Part shown: piece after piece, positions 18,914 through 28,974 of the stretch
How the letters are laid out: every line of letters starts with the position of its first letter
Numbering within the stretch: the stretch's first letter is position 1
DNA from: Promethearchaeati archaeon
GTDB lineage: Archaea > Asgardarchaeota > Heimdallarchaeia > Heimdallarchaeales > Heimdallarchaeaceae
Direction of reading: 5' to 3'
DNA: 64,000 bases
Assembly (NCBI GenBank): GCA_013166775.1
Contig: JABLTJ010000001.1
Span: 64,001-128,000, forward strand
Translations under genes and position numbers: made by a program
Notes under the pieces: generated by a model
Told to the model about the DNA's origin: nothing
The model's database searches: none
The model's input: the letters and a program-made list of their open reading frames with translations, nothing else

Positions 18914-21100
18914 ATGGCAAAGTCAGATGACGAGAAAATATATGGTTATGCAACCATTAATCCTCAACATGAAGTTATTGCAGGAAGTTATGGCACTTGG
19001 TCTCTAACTTTAACTGTTGGAAAACACGGGATAGACGATGGTGGTCACATTAAGATTGCTTGGCGAGATGTAACTAATTGGCAAAGACCACAATTTTCTG
19101 AGAAAGAACAACCTAATTACACAACAATTACTACTTCTGGAAAAGCTGAGTTCAGCCTAAAGTTTGAAGATTTGGGCTATATTCGTCCATGGAGACCTTG
19201 CTTAACTATAACTGTGTATGATGGGAACTTAAGGGAAGGAGATACAGTTACAATTACATATGGTGATACTAGTAAGGGTGGTCCTGGGGCTATGGCTCAG
19301 ACTTTTGTGGAAGATAGCTTTGAATTCCGAGTTTTTGTTGATCCTTTTGGAACAGGACTTTATACATTGATTCAAGATTCACCAGTTCTGGAAATTGTAG
19401 CAGGTGAACCAGAAGAACTAAAAGTTGTAGTTCCTTCAGAAGTCGTTGAAGGTAATTCTTCTTGGCTTTCAGTAAGAATGGAAGATAGGTGGGGAAACCA
19501 TACATCAAAATTCACAGGAACTATTAAACTTGCATCTGATAATCCTAATGTTATACTTCCAAATCCATACACATTCGAATCAACAGATAGAGGAACTCAC
19601 CGATTTGAAGATTTAGTCTTTCAAAAACCTGGAATTTATTTCATTACTGTTTCTGATACAGAGAAAAACGAATTTTCTTGTAAAAGCAATCCAATTGTAG
19701 TTTATGAAAAGAGATTAAATAAAATGCTCTTTTGGGGAGATTTACATGGACAAACTGAAGAAACTGTTGGTACTGGAACTGTTGAACAGTATTTTTATTA
19801 TGCAAAAAATGTTGCAGCACTTGATTTTGTATCTCATGTAGGTAATGATTTTCAAATCACTAAAGAACACTACAAGGACACTCAAAGAGTTGTTAAAAAA
19901 TATCATGAGCCAAGGAAGTTCATTACTTTTCTAGGTTATGAATGGTCAGGAAACACCCCAGCAGGTGGAGACAATAATGTCTACTTCCTTAATGATGATC
20001 ATCTTACCATTCACCGTAGTAGTCATGCTCTCATTGAAGATAAATCTGATGAAGAAACAGATTGTTATCCGATTTCTGAGTTATTAAAGACTTATCGTGG
20101 AAGAAAGGATGTCATGGTAATTCCGCACATTGGTGGGCGTCATGCAATTTTGGATGATCATGATCCTGGTTTAACTCCTTTCATAGAAATATGCTCAGTT
20201 CATGGACATTTTGAGTGGTTTGCTCAAGAAGCCATTGTGAAAAAAGGTTTGAAAGTTGGCTTTGTAGGAGGAAGTGATGATCATACAGGAAAACCTGGAG
20301 GAGCGCTACCTGTTTCATTAATGGAAGCAGTAAAAGGAGGATTGATGGGTGTTTTCGCGAAAGAATTAACTCGTGAATCTCTGTGGGAAGCTTTCCAAAA
20401 AAGACATGTATATGCTACAACCGGAGAGAGGATTATCCTACGTGTAACATGCGGTAGTGCGATTATGGGAGACGAAATTACTCTTAATCAACCACAACCA
20501 TTAGATGTGGAAGTTATAGGAACTTGTGGTTTGGATAAAGTAGATCTTATTCGGGGAGCAGAGACGATATATTCTCACCAATTAACTCAATTTGATTCAA
20601 ACTCCGAAATACTCAAAATAGTTTGGTGTGGTGCTAGAGTTTCAACAAGAAGAAGAAATTCGGATTGGAGTGGGGAAATCAACATAGATAAAGGAAGAAT
20701 CAAATCTGCAGAAGAATTCGCATTTGACCTTCCATGGCATAGAATCACTGAGAAGACTGAACAAAAAATTCGCTGGATCTCAACAACCTCAGGAGACTTC
20801 GATGGAATTATCCTAAAGTTGGATGCACCAGAAGACTCTCAAATATTTTTTGACACTAACCTGGTTAGGTTATCTTTCCAACTCAACCAGTTAACAAAGC
20901 CCATGGTTGCTGATGCTGGAAAATTTGAACAGAAAGTAGAGGTATCACGGATTTCAGGAAAAGCAACACCAACGAGTGTGAAGTTTGAGTTTACGGATCA
21001 AAATATGAAATTAGGTGTAAATGCTTATTATGTTAGAGTTGTTCAAAGTAATGGAGAAAAAGCTTGGTCAAGCCCTATATTCATAAATTATGAAGAATAA
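18914..21100 (+). CDS. DUF3604 / PHP-like metallohydrolase domain protein
   Basis: WGDLHGQT, GYEWS, PHIGGR, EICSVHG, GSDDH.G.PG, YATTG.RI, YYVRVVQ..GE.AWSSP. Confidence 0.8.
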   Translation: MAKSDDEKIYGYATINPQHEVIAGSYGTWSLTLTVGKHGIDDGGHIKIAWRDVTNWQRPQFSEKEQPNYTTITTSGKAEFSLKFEDLGYIRPWRPCLTITVYDGNLREGDTVTITYGDTSKGGPGAMAQTFVEDSFEFRVFVDPFGTGLYTLIQDSPVLEIVAGEPEELKVVVPSEVVEGNSSWLSVRMEDRWGNHTSKFTGTIKLASDNPNVILPNPYTFESTDRGTHRFEDLVFQKPGIYFITVSDTEKNEFSCKSNPIVVYEKRLNKMLFWGDLHGQTEETVGTGTVEQYFYYAKNVAALDFVSHVGNDFQITKEHYKDTQRVVKKYHEPRKFITFLGYEWSGNTPAGGDNNVYFLNDDHLTIHRSSHALIEDKSDEETDCYPISELLKTYRGRKDVMVIPHIGGRHAILDDHDPGLTPFIEICSVHGHFEWFAQEAIVKKGLKVGFVGGSDDHTGKPGGALPVSLMEAVKGGLMGVFAKELTRESLWEAFQKRHVYATTGERIILRVTCGSAIMGDEITLNQPQPLDVEVIGTCGLDKVDLIRGAETIYSHQLTQFDSNSEILKIVWCGARVSTRRRNSDWSGEINIDKGRIKSAEEFAFDLPWHRITEKTEQKIRWISTTSGDFDGIILKLDAPEDSQIFFDTNLVRLSFQLNQLTKPMVADAGKFEQKVEVSRISGKATPTSVKFEFTDQNMKLGVNAYYVRVVQSNGEKAWSSPIFINYEE

Positions 21101-21125
21101 AGAATAGTAAGAAAGTTAGAGAGAG

Positions 21126-21335
21126 ATGAGTGAAGAAAAGAAGAATAATGTTGTAGGTTTAGGTTCCTGTACTATGGACATAATTTTTCCTGTTGATGAT
21201 GTTATGAGGATGGAACTTAGTGTTTTCAATGATGATACTACAGCTATCTCTGTTATATTATTAACTCCATGGGAAAAAGACAGTTCAATTTTTGCATACA
21301 AAGCTTTTTCTAATGTAAATTATAAGCAATTTTAG
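21126..21335 (+). pseudogene. Internally deleted, truncated paralog of the PfkB kinase at 22328
   Basis: Matches residues 1-31 joined directly to about 107-134 of 22328..23347, then terminates. Confidence 0.85.
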
Positions 21336-21345
21336 GTGTAAAATT

Positions 21346-22182
21346 TTGTCTATTGAAAAAGTCAAAGAGAATGTTTACGCTATTACAGATGGAAGTACAC
21401 GTGGTAATGTGACAGCTTATGTCTTACCTACTCAGATAGTTTTCGTTGATTCTGGTATGAATATTCCATTAATTAAAGAATTCAGAAAGCATGTTGAACA
21501 AGAAACAGGGAAGAAAGCTTCTATTCTATTTATTACTCACGAACATGGCGATCATGTTTTTGGCAACCAAGCTTTTGAAGACTGTGAAATAATAACTTCT
21601 GAGTTTACACATAAAGAAATGCTTGTATCCAAAGAGAAAAACTGGTCTCCTGAAGCTATAGAAGAGTGGAAGAAGAATGCAGACGACCCTTCAACTTTGG
21701 ATGGCTTAAAGATTGCTCTCGCTACTAAAACCTTTGCAGATGAATATGAGCTTGTAGATGGTGATGTGAAGGTAATTGCAAAGAGAACAGGGGGGCATAC
21801 AGAGGGTTCAAGTTATATCTATTGTCCTAATTACAATGTATTGTTTGCTGGAGATAACTTGTTTAATAGACAATTTCCTTGGGGAGGACCACCTTCAGCC
21901 AATCCAATTAAATGGATTGAAGCATTGAAAGAATATCTTTCTCTTGATATCGAACACTACATTCCAGGTCATGGCCAGATATCTGATAAGGAACCAATAG
22001 ATGAATTCTTGGTTTATCTTGAAAATGTTACATCACTGATAAAAGAACAAATTGCCACTGGAAAGAGTGAAGAAGAGATATTAGAACAAGCAGAAAAAAT
22101 CGAATATTATCCTCCCCGTGAAGGAAGAGAACAATGGAAGAATGCTACTCTAAAGAAATGGTATGATGTTCTATCTACCTAA
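21346..22182 (+). CDS. Metallo-beta-lactamase fold hydrolase
   Basis: THEHGDHVFGN, GGHT.G, FAGD, PGHG. Confidence 0.9.
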   Translation: MSIEKVKENVYAITDGSTRGNVTAYVLPTQIVFVDSGMNIPLIKEFRKHVEQETGKKASILFITHEHGDHVFGNQAFEDCEIITSEFTHKEMLVSKEKNWSPEAIEEWKKNADDPSTLDGLKIALATKTFADEYELVDGDVKVIAKRTGGHTEGSSYIYCPNYNVLFAGDNLFNRQFPWGGPPSANPIKWIEALKEYLSLDIEHYIPGHGQISDKEPIDEFLVYLENVTSLIKEQIATGKSEEEILEQAEKIEYYPPREGREQWKNATLKKWYDVLST

Positions 22183-22327
22183 ATTTTTTACTTTCAAAAT
22201 TGACTATAACAATTTAGTTATTACTTATTTCTTAATTACCGCTATTTGAGGAATGACAAACCTAGAATATTTTATAAAATCAATGCTAATTGGTAGATTA
22301 TTAATTAAAATGATGGTATGAATAGAA

Positions 22328-23347
22328 ATGAGCAAAGAAACGAAATATGATGTTGTTGGTTTGGGTTCCTGCACTATGGACATGATTTTTTCTGTTGATG
22401 ATGTAATGAGAATGGAGCTTATCGGGAAAAATCACTCGAAAAAAAAATACATGGCAATAGAGCATTCCTCAAAACTGAATGTGAAGAGTGTGAAATTTCA
22501 TCCTGGAGGTTCCGCAGCTAATGCAACTTGTAATCTCTCTCATATTGGATTAAAAACAGCGTTCATTGGGGGAATTGGGAATGATATGAATGGAAAAGCT
22601 TGCTTGGATGATATGAAAAATCACGGTGTTGATGTTTCGGGAGTAAGTGTGTTTGATAATGATACAACTGCAATTTCTGTTATACTCTTAACCCCTTGGG
22701 GAAAAGATAGTTCAATTCTAGCATATAAGGGTGCAAATAATTTATTTTCCGAAAAACATATACCAGAAGATAAACTTCTTTCAACAAGATGTTTTGTGTG
22801 GACATCCTTAACTTCAGATAAAGGATTAAATGCTATCAAAAAATGCATTGCATTAACAAAATCAGTAAACAGACTGATAGCAGGCGCTCCATCAATTTCA
22901 ATCATCAAGAACAGATTAGAAGAAGCACAATCTCTTCTAAAGGAATGTGATATAACAAGTTTAAATGAGGAAGAATTAATTGCTCTTACAAATGAGCAAG
23001 ATGTAATTAAAGGGATGAAGAAATTATTCGATTGGGGGCTTAAGATTGTTAATGTTACGTTTGGAAAAGAAGGTCAGTGGCTAAGTGATGGAAAGATTAT
23101 TATCAAAACAAAACCACCAAAGATTTTTGTTGAAGATACTACAGGTGCAGGTGATGCTACCATGAGTGGGATAATCTATGGACTTCTTGAAAATAAAACA
23201 TTACAAGAGACAGCTCAAATAGCTTCAGCTTTAAGTGCTATGGAAATTGAAGCACCTGGAGTAAGAGTTGGAACACCGCTGGAATATTCAGAACTTGAAG
23301 AGTTTATGAAGAAAAATGAGGTATCTCAAGAAGTCAGCGATTTCTGA
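22328..23347 (+). CDS. PfkB/ribokinase family carbohydrate kinase
   Basis: GGSAAN, GGIGND..G, NEEE, DTTGAGDA. Confidence 0.92.
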   Translation: MSKETKYDVVGLGSCTMDMIFSVDDVMRMELIGKNHSKKKYMAIEHSSKLNVKSVKFHPGGSAANATCNLSHIGLKTAFIGGIGNDMNGKACLDDMKNHGVDVSGVSVFDNDTTAISVILLTPWGKDSSILAYKGANNLFSEKHIPEDKLLSTRCFVWTSLTSDKGLNAIKKCIALTKSVNRLIAGAPSISIIKNRLEEAQSLLKECDITSLNEEELIALTNEQDVIKGMKKLFDWGLKIVNVTFGKEGQWLSDGKIIIKTKPPKIFVEDTTGAGDATMSGIIYGLLENKTLQETAQIASALSAMEIEAPGVRVGTPLEYSELEEFMKKNEVSQEVSDF

Positions 23348-23425
23348 ATAATCTTATCTATTTTATCCCCTTTTTCAAAAATCTACATAAAATTTAAAGA
23401 AATATAGACTCTTCTATAATTACGG

Positions 23426-24124
23426 ATGCCTTCTATATCAGAAATGGAGAACAACATGCTGAAAAATTGCATTGTGAGGGAGGATTCCAACTGTATTGAA
23501 TGTGAGCTTAATGGTGAATTAATTTGCTTTGTAGATAAGAAATTCGCAAATAAGTTTTCAATTGGAAATATCGCCTATAGACTTTTAGCTTTTGGAATAT
23601 TCATCTTCTCTGGATTACTCATTGGACATTGGTGGATGTTAATATCCTATGCAAGTACAGTGTTGATTACTTTTGTAATAATCGAACCTCGATTATTATG
23701 TAGTCATTGCCCTTTCTATGAAAAAGAAGGAAAGTGTCTAAAATGCTGGGCTTTGAGAGGGATGCCAAAATTATGGAAATACAGTCCTGAGCCAATAAAT
23801 AAGATAGAAAAAACACTTATGCTCATATTAGGGAGTTTCATTGATTTATTACCCTTTCTTGGATCGATATGGGGGATCTTCTTCTTCTTTATGAATATCG
23901 AAGGGAATCTTGTATCAGGGATAGGAATAATAATTAGTACAGTGCTGTTCTTGATTGTCGTTGGTTATTTTTCTAAAGTTCTGCTTGGATATGCTTGTAA
24001 AAAATGTGCAAATTTTTCCTGTGCAATGAATAAAGTTCCAAAAGAAACCATCAATAAATTTCTCGAGAAAAATCCTGAGATGAAAAAAGCTTGGGTAAAT
24101 AGTGGTTGGAAAATAGAAGAATAA
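23426..24124 (+). CDS. Cys-rich four-TM membrane protein of unknown function
   Basis: Hydrophobic segments; CSHCPFY and CKKCANFSC.MN motifs. Confidence 0.7.
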   Translation: MPSISEMENNMLKNCIVREDSNCIECELNGELICFVDKKFANKFSIGNIAYRLLAFGIFIFSGLLIGHWWMLISYASTVLITFVIIEPRLLCSHCPFYEKEGKCLKCWALRGMPKLWKYSPEPINKIEKTLMLILGSFIDLLPFLGSIWGIFFFFMNIEGNLVSGIGIIISTVLFLIVVGYFSKVLLGYACKKCANFSCAMNKVPKETINKFLEKNPEMKKAWVNSGWKIEE

Positions 24125-24187
24125 CTATTTCAGTTTCAACTTTGTCCCCAAATTCTTTTTTAAGCAGTTAATGACTTCATAATTAGA

Positions 24188-24997
24188 ATGACTAAAACAT
24201 TAGAAGAAATTATTAATTCTTTAAGAAATCTAACTGATAAAGAAGTGTATCGATCATCAGATTTTGGAATTGAGTTTGGAACATATGCTCCAAGAGTCTT
24301 AAGCGCAATAAATGTCAAGAGCATAGTAGTGTCTCCTTTTGTAAATCTTAAGTTGATACATTTTATGAATGAAAACAAAGCAAATCTAGTATTGACAGTT
24401 TTACCTCTTCCATTTACTACCAAGAATTTTCCTCTCTCTGAAAGCAATTTTGAGATCTTACGGTCACTAGTTACGAATAATATAAAGACAATGAAACTCC
24501 CAGAAGAATGGATATGTGCAAAAAATGGGAGTTTCAAATACTTTGCTCAAACACTTGGAATAAGTAAAATCGAACCTTTTAATCTGACATTGAATTCAGA
24601 GAAAACAATACCATACTGGAGTCTTCCTAATCTTTCATACGAAGATTTTCTTTCATCTTTAAGTCATTCAAATAAAAAATGGTTGACATATCCCTATGCT
24701 CCTAGTGATTCAAAACTATCCATTGTACTTGAGAAGCAAAGTTTTTCTCAGGATGATTTTGAACAATTTAAGAAAAACAGTATTTCAACCATTTTGAGTT
24801 TCAATTTGGATACAAGAAGAGTACATGAATATCAAAAACATAAGATTAACTACATCTTTATCCCTTTCCTGGATTATTGCAACATTTCATTAAGGAAATT
24901 TTCACAAATTTTACAATTGGAAACAAATGAAAAGGTTCTGTTTTATTCACACAAAACAATAAATTGGAAATCTTATGAAGAGCTAAAACTTAATTAG
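24188..24997 (+). CDS. Degenerate Nif3/DUF34-like protein
   Basis: N-terminal pattern TLEEII..L...D.GIEFG...VKSIVV...ANLVLT..PL.F; metal-binding HH replaced by VL. Confidence 0.55.
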   Translation: MTKTLEEIINSLRNLTDKEVYRSSDFGIEFGTYAPRVLSAINVKSIVVSPFVNLKLIHFMNENKANLVLTVLPLPFTTKNFPLSESNFEILRSLVTNNIKTMKLPEEWICAKNGSFKYFAQTLGISKIEPFNLTLNSEKTIPYWSLPNLSYEDFLSSLSHSNKKWLTYPYAPSDSKLSIVLEKQSFSQDDFEQFKKNSISTILSFNLDTRRVHEYQKHKINYIFIPFLDYCNISLRKFSQILQLETNEKVLFYSHKTINWKSYEELKLN

Positions 24998-25045
24998 CTT
25001 AAGTTTTTTTCTTAAATAGAAGATACTCAATGAAGGGGGAGTATA

Positions 25046-26371
25046 ATGAAATCTCTGATTCCACTAACAATAACAATCTTATCTCAAATAGAGAAAGGGA
25101 AATCTATCCGTGTTGAACTTAGAAAGACCATTTCTGAATATAAATTGAACAGAGAAGAAGAATCAACTCTATATTCGTTGGTTTTTGAGATTTTCAGGAA
25201 ACTGAATGTTATTGATCTTTACATAAAGAAGAGTAGTTCCTCTTTTTCAATCAAGAAAATATCAAGTAAGACCCGAGCTCTTCTTAGAATTGCAACATAC
25301 CTATTGAAAGTTGATAATAGGCAATTTGAATATGTAAAAGAAAACCTAGAATCTTATTATGAAAATATTCAGGAACTAGGATTTGATGAGATTCTGAAAT
25401 TGATACAGGATATAAGAGAGGAAGAACTTTATGCGAATAGAGTAGATTTAGCTTCCAAATTATCAATTGAGTTTTTTACTCCTACTTGGATTGTTAGAAA
25501 ATTCATAAATCAGTGGGATGAGGATTTTGCAACCGAACTAGTATCTACATTTATTCAGAATCTCCCAGCATATGTTAGAGTAAATCCTTTCAAATCTAAC
25601 CTTGAAGAAATTTCCACAAATTTTAGGAGCAAAAAAATAACTTTCGAAACTGTTAAAGCGATTGATGGGCTTCTTAAGATAACAGAGAGTGAATTACCCA
25701 TCCCTCAATATGATGTGTTTAAAGAAGGAAAAATAGTTATTCAACAAAAAGCTTCCGCATTAACATCACTTGTTTTAAATCCTCAAGAAGGAGAAAAAAT
25801 ACTCGATATGTGTGCTTCTCCTGGAGGAAAAACTTCTCATCTAGCAGCTTTATTGGGGGATGGAAGTAATATTGAGGCTGTGGATATTAATGAAGAAAGA
25901 ATGAAGATTTTGAAAGAAAGACTAAAGCTACTTGGTATAACTTCAGTGAAAACCACGCAAGCAGATGCAAGAACACTCCATAATCAAACAAGAGAAGAAT
26001 ATGATAAAATCCTTCTTGATCCTCCCTGTTCAGGATCAGGTACTTATTCTTCTAGACCTGAGATAAAATGGAGAGTAAAGCAAAGAGACTTGAGGTGGTA
26101 TATTAATCTACAGCAAGATTTACTCAAAGAAGCTTCAAAACTTGTTAAAAAAGAAGGAACTATTGTTTACTCAACTTGTTCTTTATACAGGGAAGAAAAT
26201 CATGAAATAATATCTTCCTTTTTAGAAAGAAACAGTAATTTTTCTTTAGCAGAGGCAACTCCAATGCTAGGTTTACCATCTCAACTACTGCAAAACAAAG
26301 CACAAGAACTATATCCACATATTCATGAGACAGAAGGCTTCTTCATTGCAAAGGTTAAAAGAAACAGTTGA
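25046..26371 (+). CDS. RsmB/NOP2/Sun family RNA m5C methyltransferase with NusB-like N-terminus
   Basis: LDMCASPGGKT, ILLDPPCSGSG, VYSTCS...EEN, GFFIA. Confidence 0.92.
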   Translation: MKSLIPLTITILSQIEKGKSIRVELRKTISEYKLNREEESTLYSLVFEIFRKLNVIDLYIKKSSSSFSIKKISSKTRALLRIATYLLKVDNRQFEYVKENLESYYENIQELGFDEILKLIQDIREEELYANRVDLASKLSIEFFTPTWIVRKFINQWDEDFATELVSTFIQNLPAYVRVNPFKSNLEEISTNFRSKKITFETVKAIDGLLKITESELPIPQYDVFKEGKIVIQQKASALTSLVLNPQEGEKILDMCASPGGKTSHLAALLGDGSNIEAVDINEERMKILKERLKLLGITSVKTTQADARTLHNQTREEYDKILLDPPCSGSGTYSSRPEIKWRVKQRDLRWYINLQQDLLKEASKLVKKEGTIVYSTCSLYREENHEIISSFLERNSNFSLAEATPMLGLPSQLLQNKAQELYPHIHETEGFFIAKVKRNS

Positions 26372-26419
26372 AAACTAATCTTCCAACTGATTGATAAATA
26401 GTTTTAGATATTGATTTTC

Positions 26420-27052
26420 TTAGTAAATGCTATCCAGTAACACATCTATTTTTTTAATTAACTCAGATCTAAGCTGATGACGTGGAGGTTTTTCCATGCT
26501 TTTAGCAGTTTCAATATTTGTATCGAAGAGAATTTTTGATGCAAGAGTCTTAACAATTTCTTCAACATCATAGTTCTTCAAATCACCAATTTGAGTTCTA
26601 TCCTTGACTACATCTCTTATTACAGCTTCACTTTCTTCAAATGAGAGAGTCAAAGGCTCTGATGAGCTAAAGTCTTCATGTATAATTGGTCTAGTTTTTT
26701 CACCATAAACAAACGATGTTGTTTGTTTCTCAGGAATGTGTTCTACTCTAATTTCGGATTCTGGATGTGAATCCATCTTATCCAATATGTATGTAAGTAT
26801 TCGATCTTTATCTTCCTGTTCGATATTTATAATTTGATATTTCGATCCTCTATTTGTTTTCAAATTTGTTGCTGCTCTTCCTGCAGAATATGACAAAGCG
26901 CTAGATATTCCAGTTTTTCTGTAAATGTAAATTTTCTTACCTCTTCTGTCGATTATTAGAAAAGCATCTCCTTCATGAACTAAACTTTCCTTTACGGGAG
27001 GAACCTCATGATAACTGCCATCTTTTTGAACCGAAAAAATTCGGAAAACCAT
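26420..27052 (-). CDS. Single gelsolin-domain protein with C-terminal extension
   Basis: IFSV.....EV.....L...DAFLIID....IYIY....S......A...A..L...G.....I.Q pattern of a gelsolin repeat. Confidence 0.65.
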   Translation of the reverse strand: MVFRIFSVQKDGSYHEVPPVKESLVHEGDAFLIIDRRGKKIYIYRKTGISSALSYSAGRAATNLKTNRGSKYQIINIEQEDKDRILTYILDKMDSHPESEIRVEHIPEKQTTSFVYGEKTRPIIHEDFSSSEPLTLSFEESEAVIRDVVKDRTQIGDLKNYDVEEIVKTLASKILFDTNIETAKSMEKPPRHQLRSELIKKIDVLLDSIY

Positions 27053-27121
27053 TAATTATCACCCCAATTATTAAACATTAGGCAGAATACTAAATAAGAA
27101 TTTCTTTTTATAGTGTTTTTT

Positions 27122-27838
27122 TCACTTATAGAGCGTTTTATCAGAAATTTCTGCATTACTGAATGCTCTTTTACGCCTTAAGCAGGACTCACATTTACCA
27201 CAGTGAATGGGTTTTCCATCATTTGTCCAATCTTCTACATTATAGCAAGAAGAAGAAAATTCAAGATTTGCTCCTTTCTTTTCAAGATATTTTACTATGT
27301 CGGATTTTAATAAATCATGAAAAGGTGCTTGAATTCTTACTTTGTTCATACATCCTAAAGTAAGTGATTCATTCATTTTATCCACAAATTCCTTTGTATT
27401 ATCAGGAAATGTTTCCCCCTCTTCTAGATTTGCCCCAAAGATAATATCAACAGGTTCTTTCATGCTATCAGCAAAAGATGCTGCAATAGACAAAAGCAGG
27501 ATGTTTCTGCCTGGAACCCATACTTGTTTTGCTGCTTCGTTTGTAATTGCTTTCTGATCTAGTTCAGAGAAATTTGAAAAAGAAGGAGGTTCTTTTTCCC
27601 TCTTTGATAGCTTGGAACCTGCAAATTTGGTAAACTCTCCTAGAAAAGGAATTGCGATAACCTTTCCTTCCAAAGAAAGAAGAGATCTATATTTTTGATT
27701 TGCTTTTTCTATAACTTCATCCTCTTTGCTCCAGTAAAGTAAACTCAATAGTATAACTTTCTCATACCTATCTATGGACCAATAAACACAAGCAGTAGAA
27801 TCCAACCCTCCAGAAAACAAAACAATTGCAATGCTCAT
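27122..27838 (-). CDS. queC: 7-cyano-7-deazaguanine synthase
   Basis: SGGLDS, WVPGRN, FPDN, SCY...HCGKCESC. Confidence 0.93.
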   Translation of the reverse strand: MSIAIVLFSGGLDSTACVYWSIDRYEKVILLSLLYWSKEDEVIEKANQKYRSLLSLEGKVIAIPFLGEFTKFAGSKLSKREKEPPSFSNFSELDQKAITNEAAKQVWVPGRNILLLSIAASFADSMKEPVDIIFGANLEEGETFPDNTKEFVDKMNESLTLGCMNKVRIQAPFHDLLKSDIVKYLEKKGANLEFSSSCYNVEDWTNDGKPIHCGKCESCLRRKRAFSNAEISDKTLYK

Positions 27839-27873
27839 AATTTTCCTCTTCTATAATTTTTGTTTCCACCTAT

Positions 27874-28338
27874 TCAATCTTCTCCTGAATAAACAACCGT
27901 GCTAGTTGGAGTTTCAGACATTATGATTGTAATTTTGAACTGTGGATATTGTTCTTCTATTAAGTTATGAATATATTTTGAAAACAGTTCTACTGTTGTT
28001 GATTCTATTGGAATAAAAACCACATCTTCTCTTGGTAAACGGTAAAGTTTCCCTTCACAAGTATTAATAATTATTTGCTTATCTTTAGTTTCAATTTGTA
28101 GATCTTTGCTCTTTGATGGTATCAAGGTTTTGTGATCAAACTGTTTCAGCATCTTTATCACATTTGATTTAAACAAACCAAAATCTATGATCATATTATT
28201 TTCATCAAGTTCTCCCTCAATCTCAATTTCCACTTGATAATTGTGACCATGAATTTTTGCACATTTATCATGTCTAACTAACATGTGGGCAGAAGCTATG
28301 GTTAACTTATCTCCTGAAATCCTTAATTTCATGTTCAT
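27874..28338 (-). CDS. queD: 6-carboxy-5,6,7,8-tetrahydropterin synthase
   Basis: SAH.....KC..IHGHNY, DF, FDH, TTVE, ET. Confidence 0.9.
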   Translation of the reverse strand: MNMKLRISGDKLTIASAHMLVRHDKCAKIHGHNYQVEIEIEGELDENNMIIDFGLFKSNVIKMLKQFDHKTLIPSKSKDLQIETKDKQIIINTCEGKLYRLPREDVVFIPIESTTVELFSKYIHNLIEEQYPQFKITIIMSETPTSTVVYSGED

Positions 28339-28341
28339 TCC

Positions 28342-28974
28342 CTAAATTGATTTTGTTTTCGCTACATCCTCTTTTACCATCTGTACTTCATCAACATACT
28401 GTTTTATTACAGATATTATCCATTCCTTAAGTTGATTATCTTCAAATTTGAGTTCTAATAATCCTATTGCCGTTACATGCTGTGGAAATCCTGAGCTTCC
28501 AACATTTAATCCTAAGTGTATTTTACTGTTAGTTACTCCTACTGAAGCAATTGCTACATTTAGTTTTTTCTCACCAATGTATATGTCTGTTCCTTTTCTC
28601 TGGGCTTTAATCCCCTTTGCATTCAATTTTTCCAAAATTATTAATATAAGCAATCGAAGACGATAATATTCTATCTCTAGATTTGGTGGTTGAATATCAA
28701 ATTCTTCAATGATTATATGTAAACTATCACTGGAACTTATCAGAATCTCTGCCAAATGTGATTCTCTTTGAATATCCTTGATATCTACCATTTCTGCGGG
28801 AGATAAGCTCATACCACCTCTAAAGACAAGAATACTATTTCCTAAGACATCATAATTATTCGCTATATATTGACTAGATAGCTGTGAACCATCATATACT
28901 ATGCTGTTTTTGAAATCTTCTACAACAATGTTATAAGATTGATACTCACTTTTTTTCAATTTGCTCAAATCCAT
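28342..28974 (-). CDS. DUF366 family protein (biotin/lipoate ligase-like fold)
   Basis: YDGSQL, G.SI.VFRG, EMVD.KD, R.G.D.Y....KL.V.IA, KIHLGLNV. Confidence 0.8.
   Translation of the reverse strand: MDLSKLKKSEYQSYNIVVEDFKNSIVYDGSQLSSQYIANNYDVLGNSILVFRGGMSLSPAEMVDIKDIQRESHLAEILISSSDSLHIIIEEFDIQPPNLEIEYYRLRLLILIILEKLNAKGIKAQRKGTDIYIGEKKLNVAIASVGVTNSKIHLGLNVGSSGFPQHVTAIGLLELKFEDNQLKEWIISVIKQYVDEVQMVKEDVAKTKSI

Noticed and set aside
14800-24130. Integrated mobile element or provirus
   Set aside because: No integrase, transposase, terminal repeats or tRNA duplication seen; only a patchwork of accessory genes.
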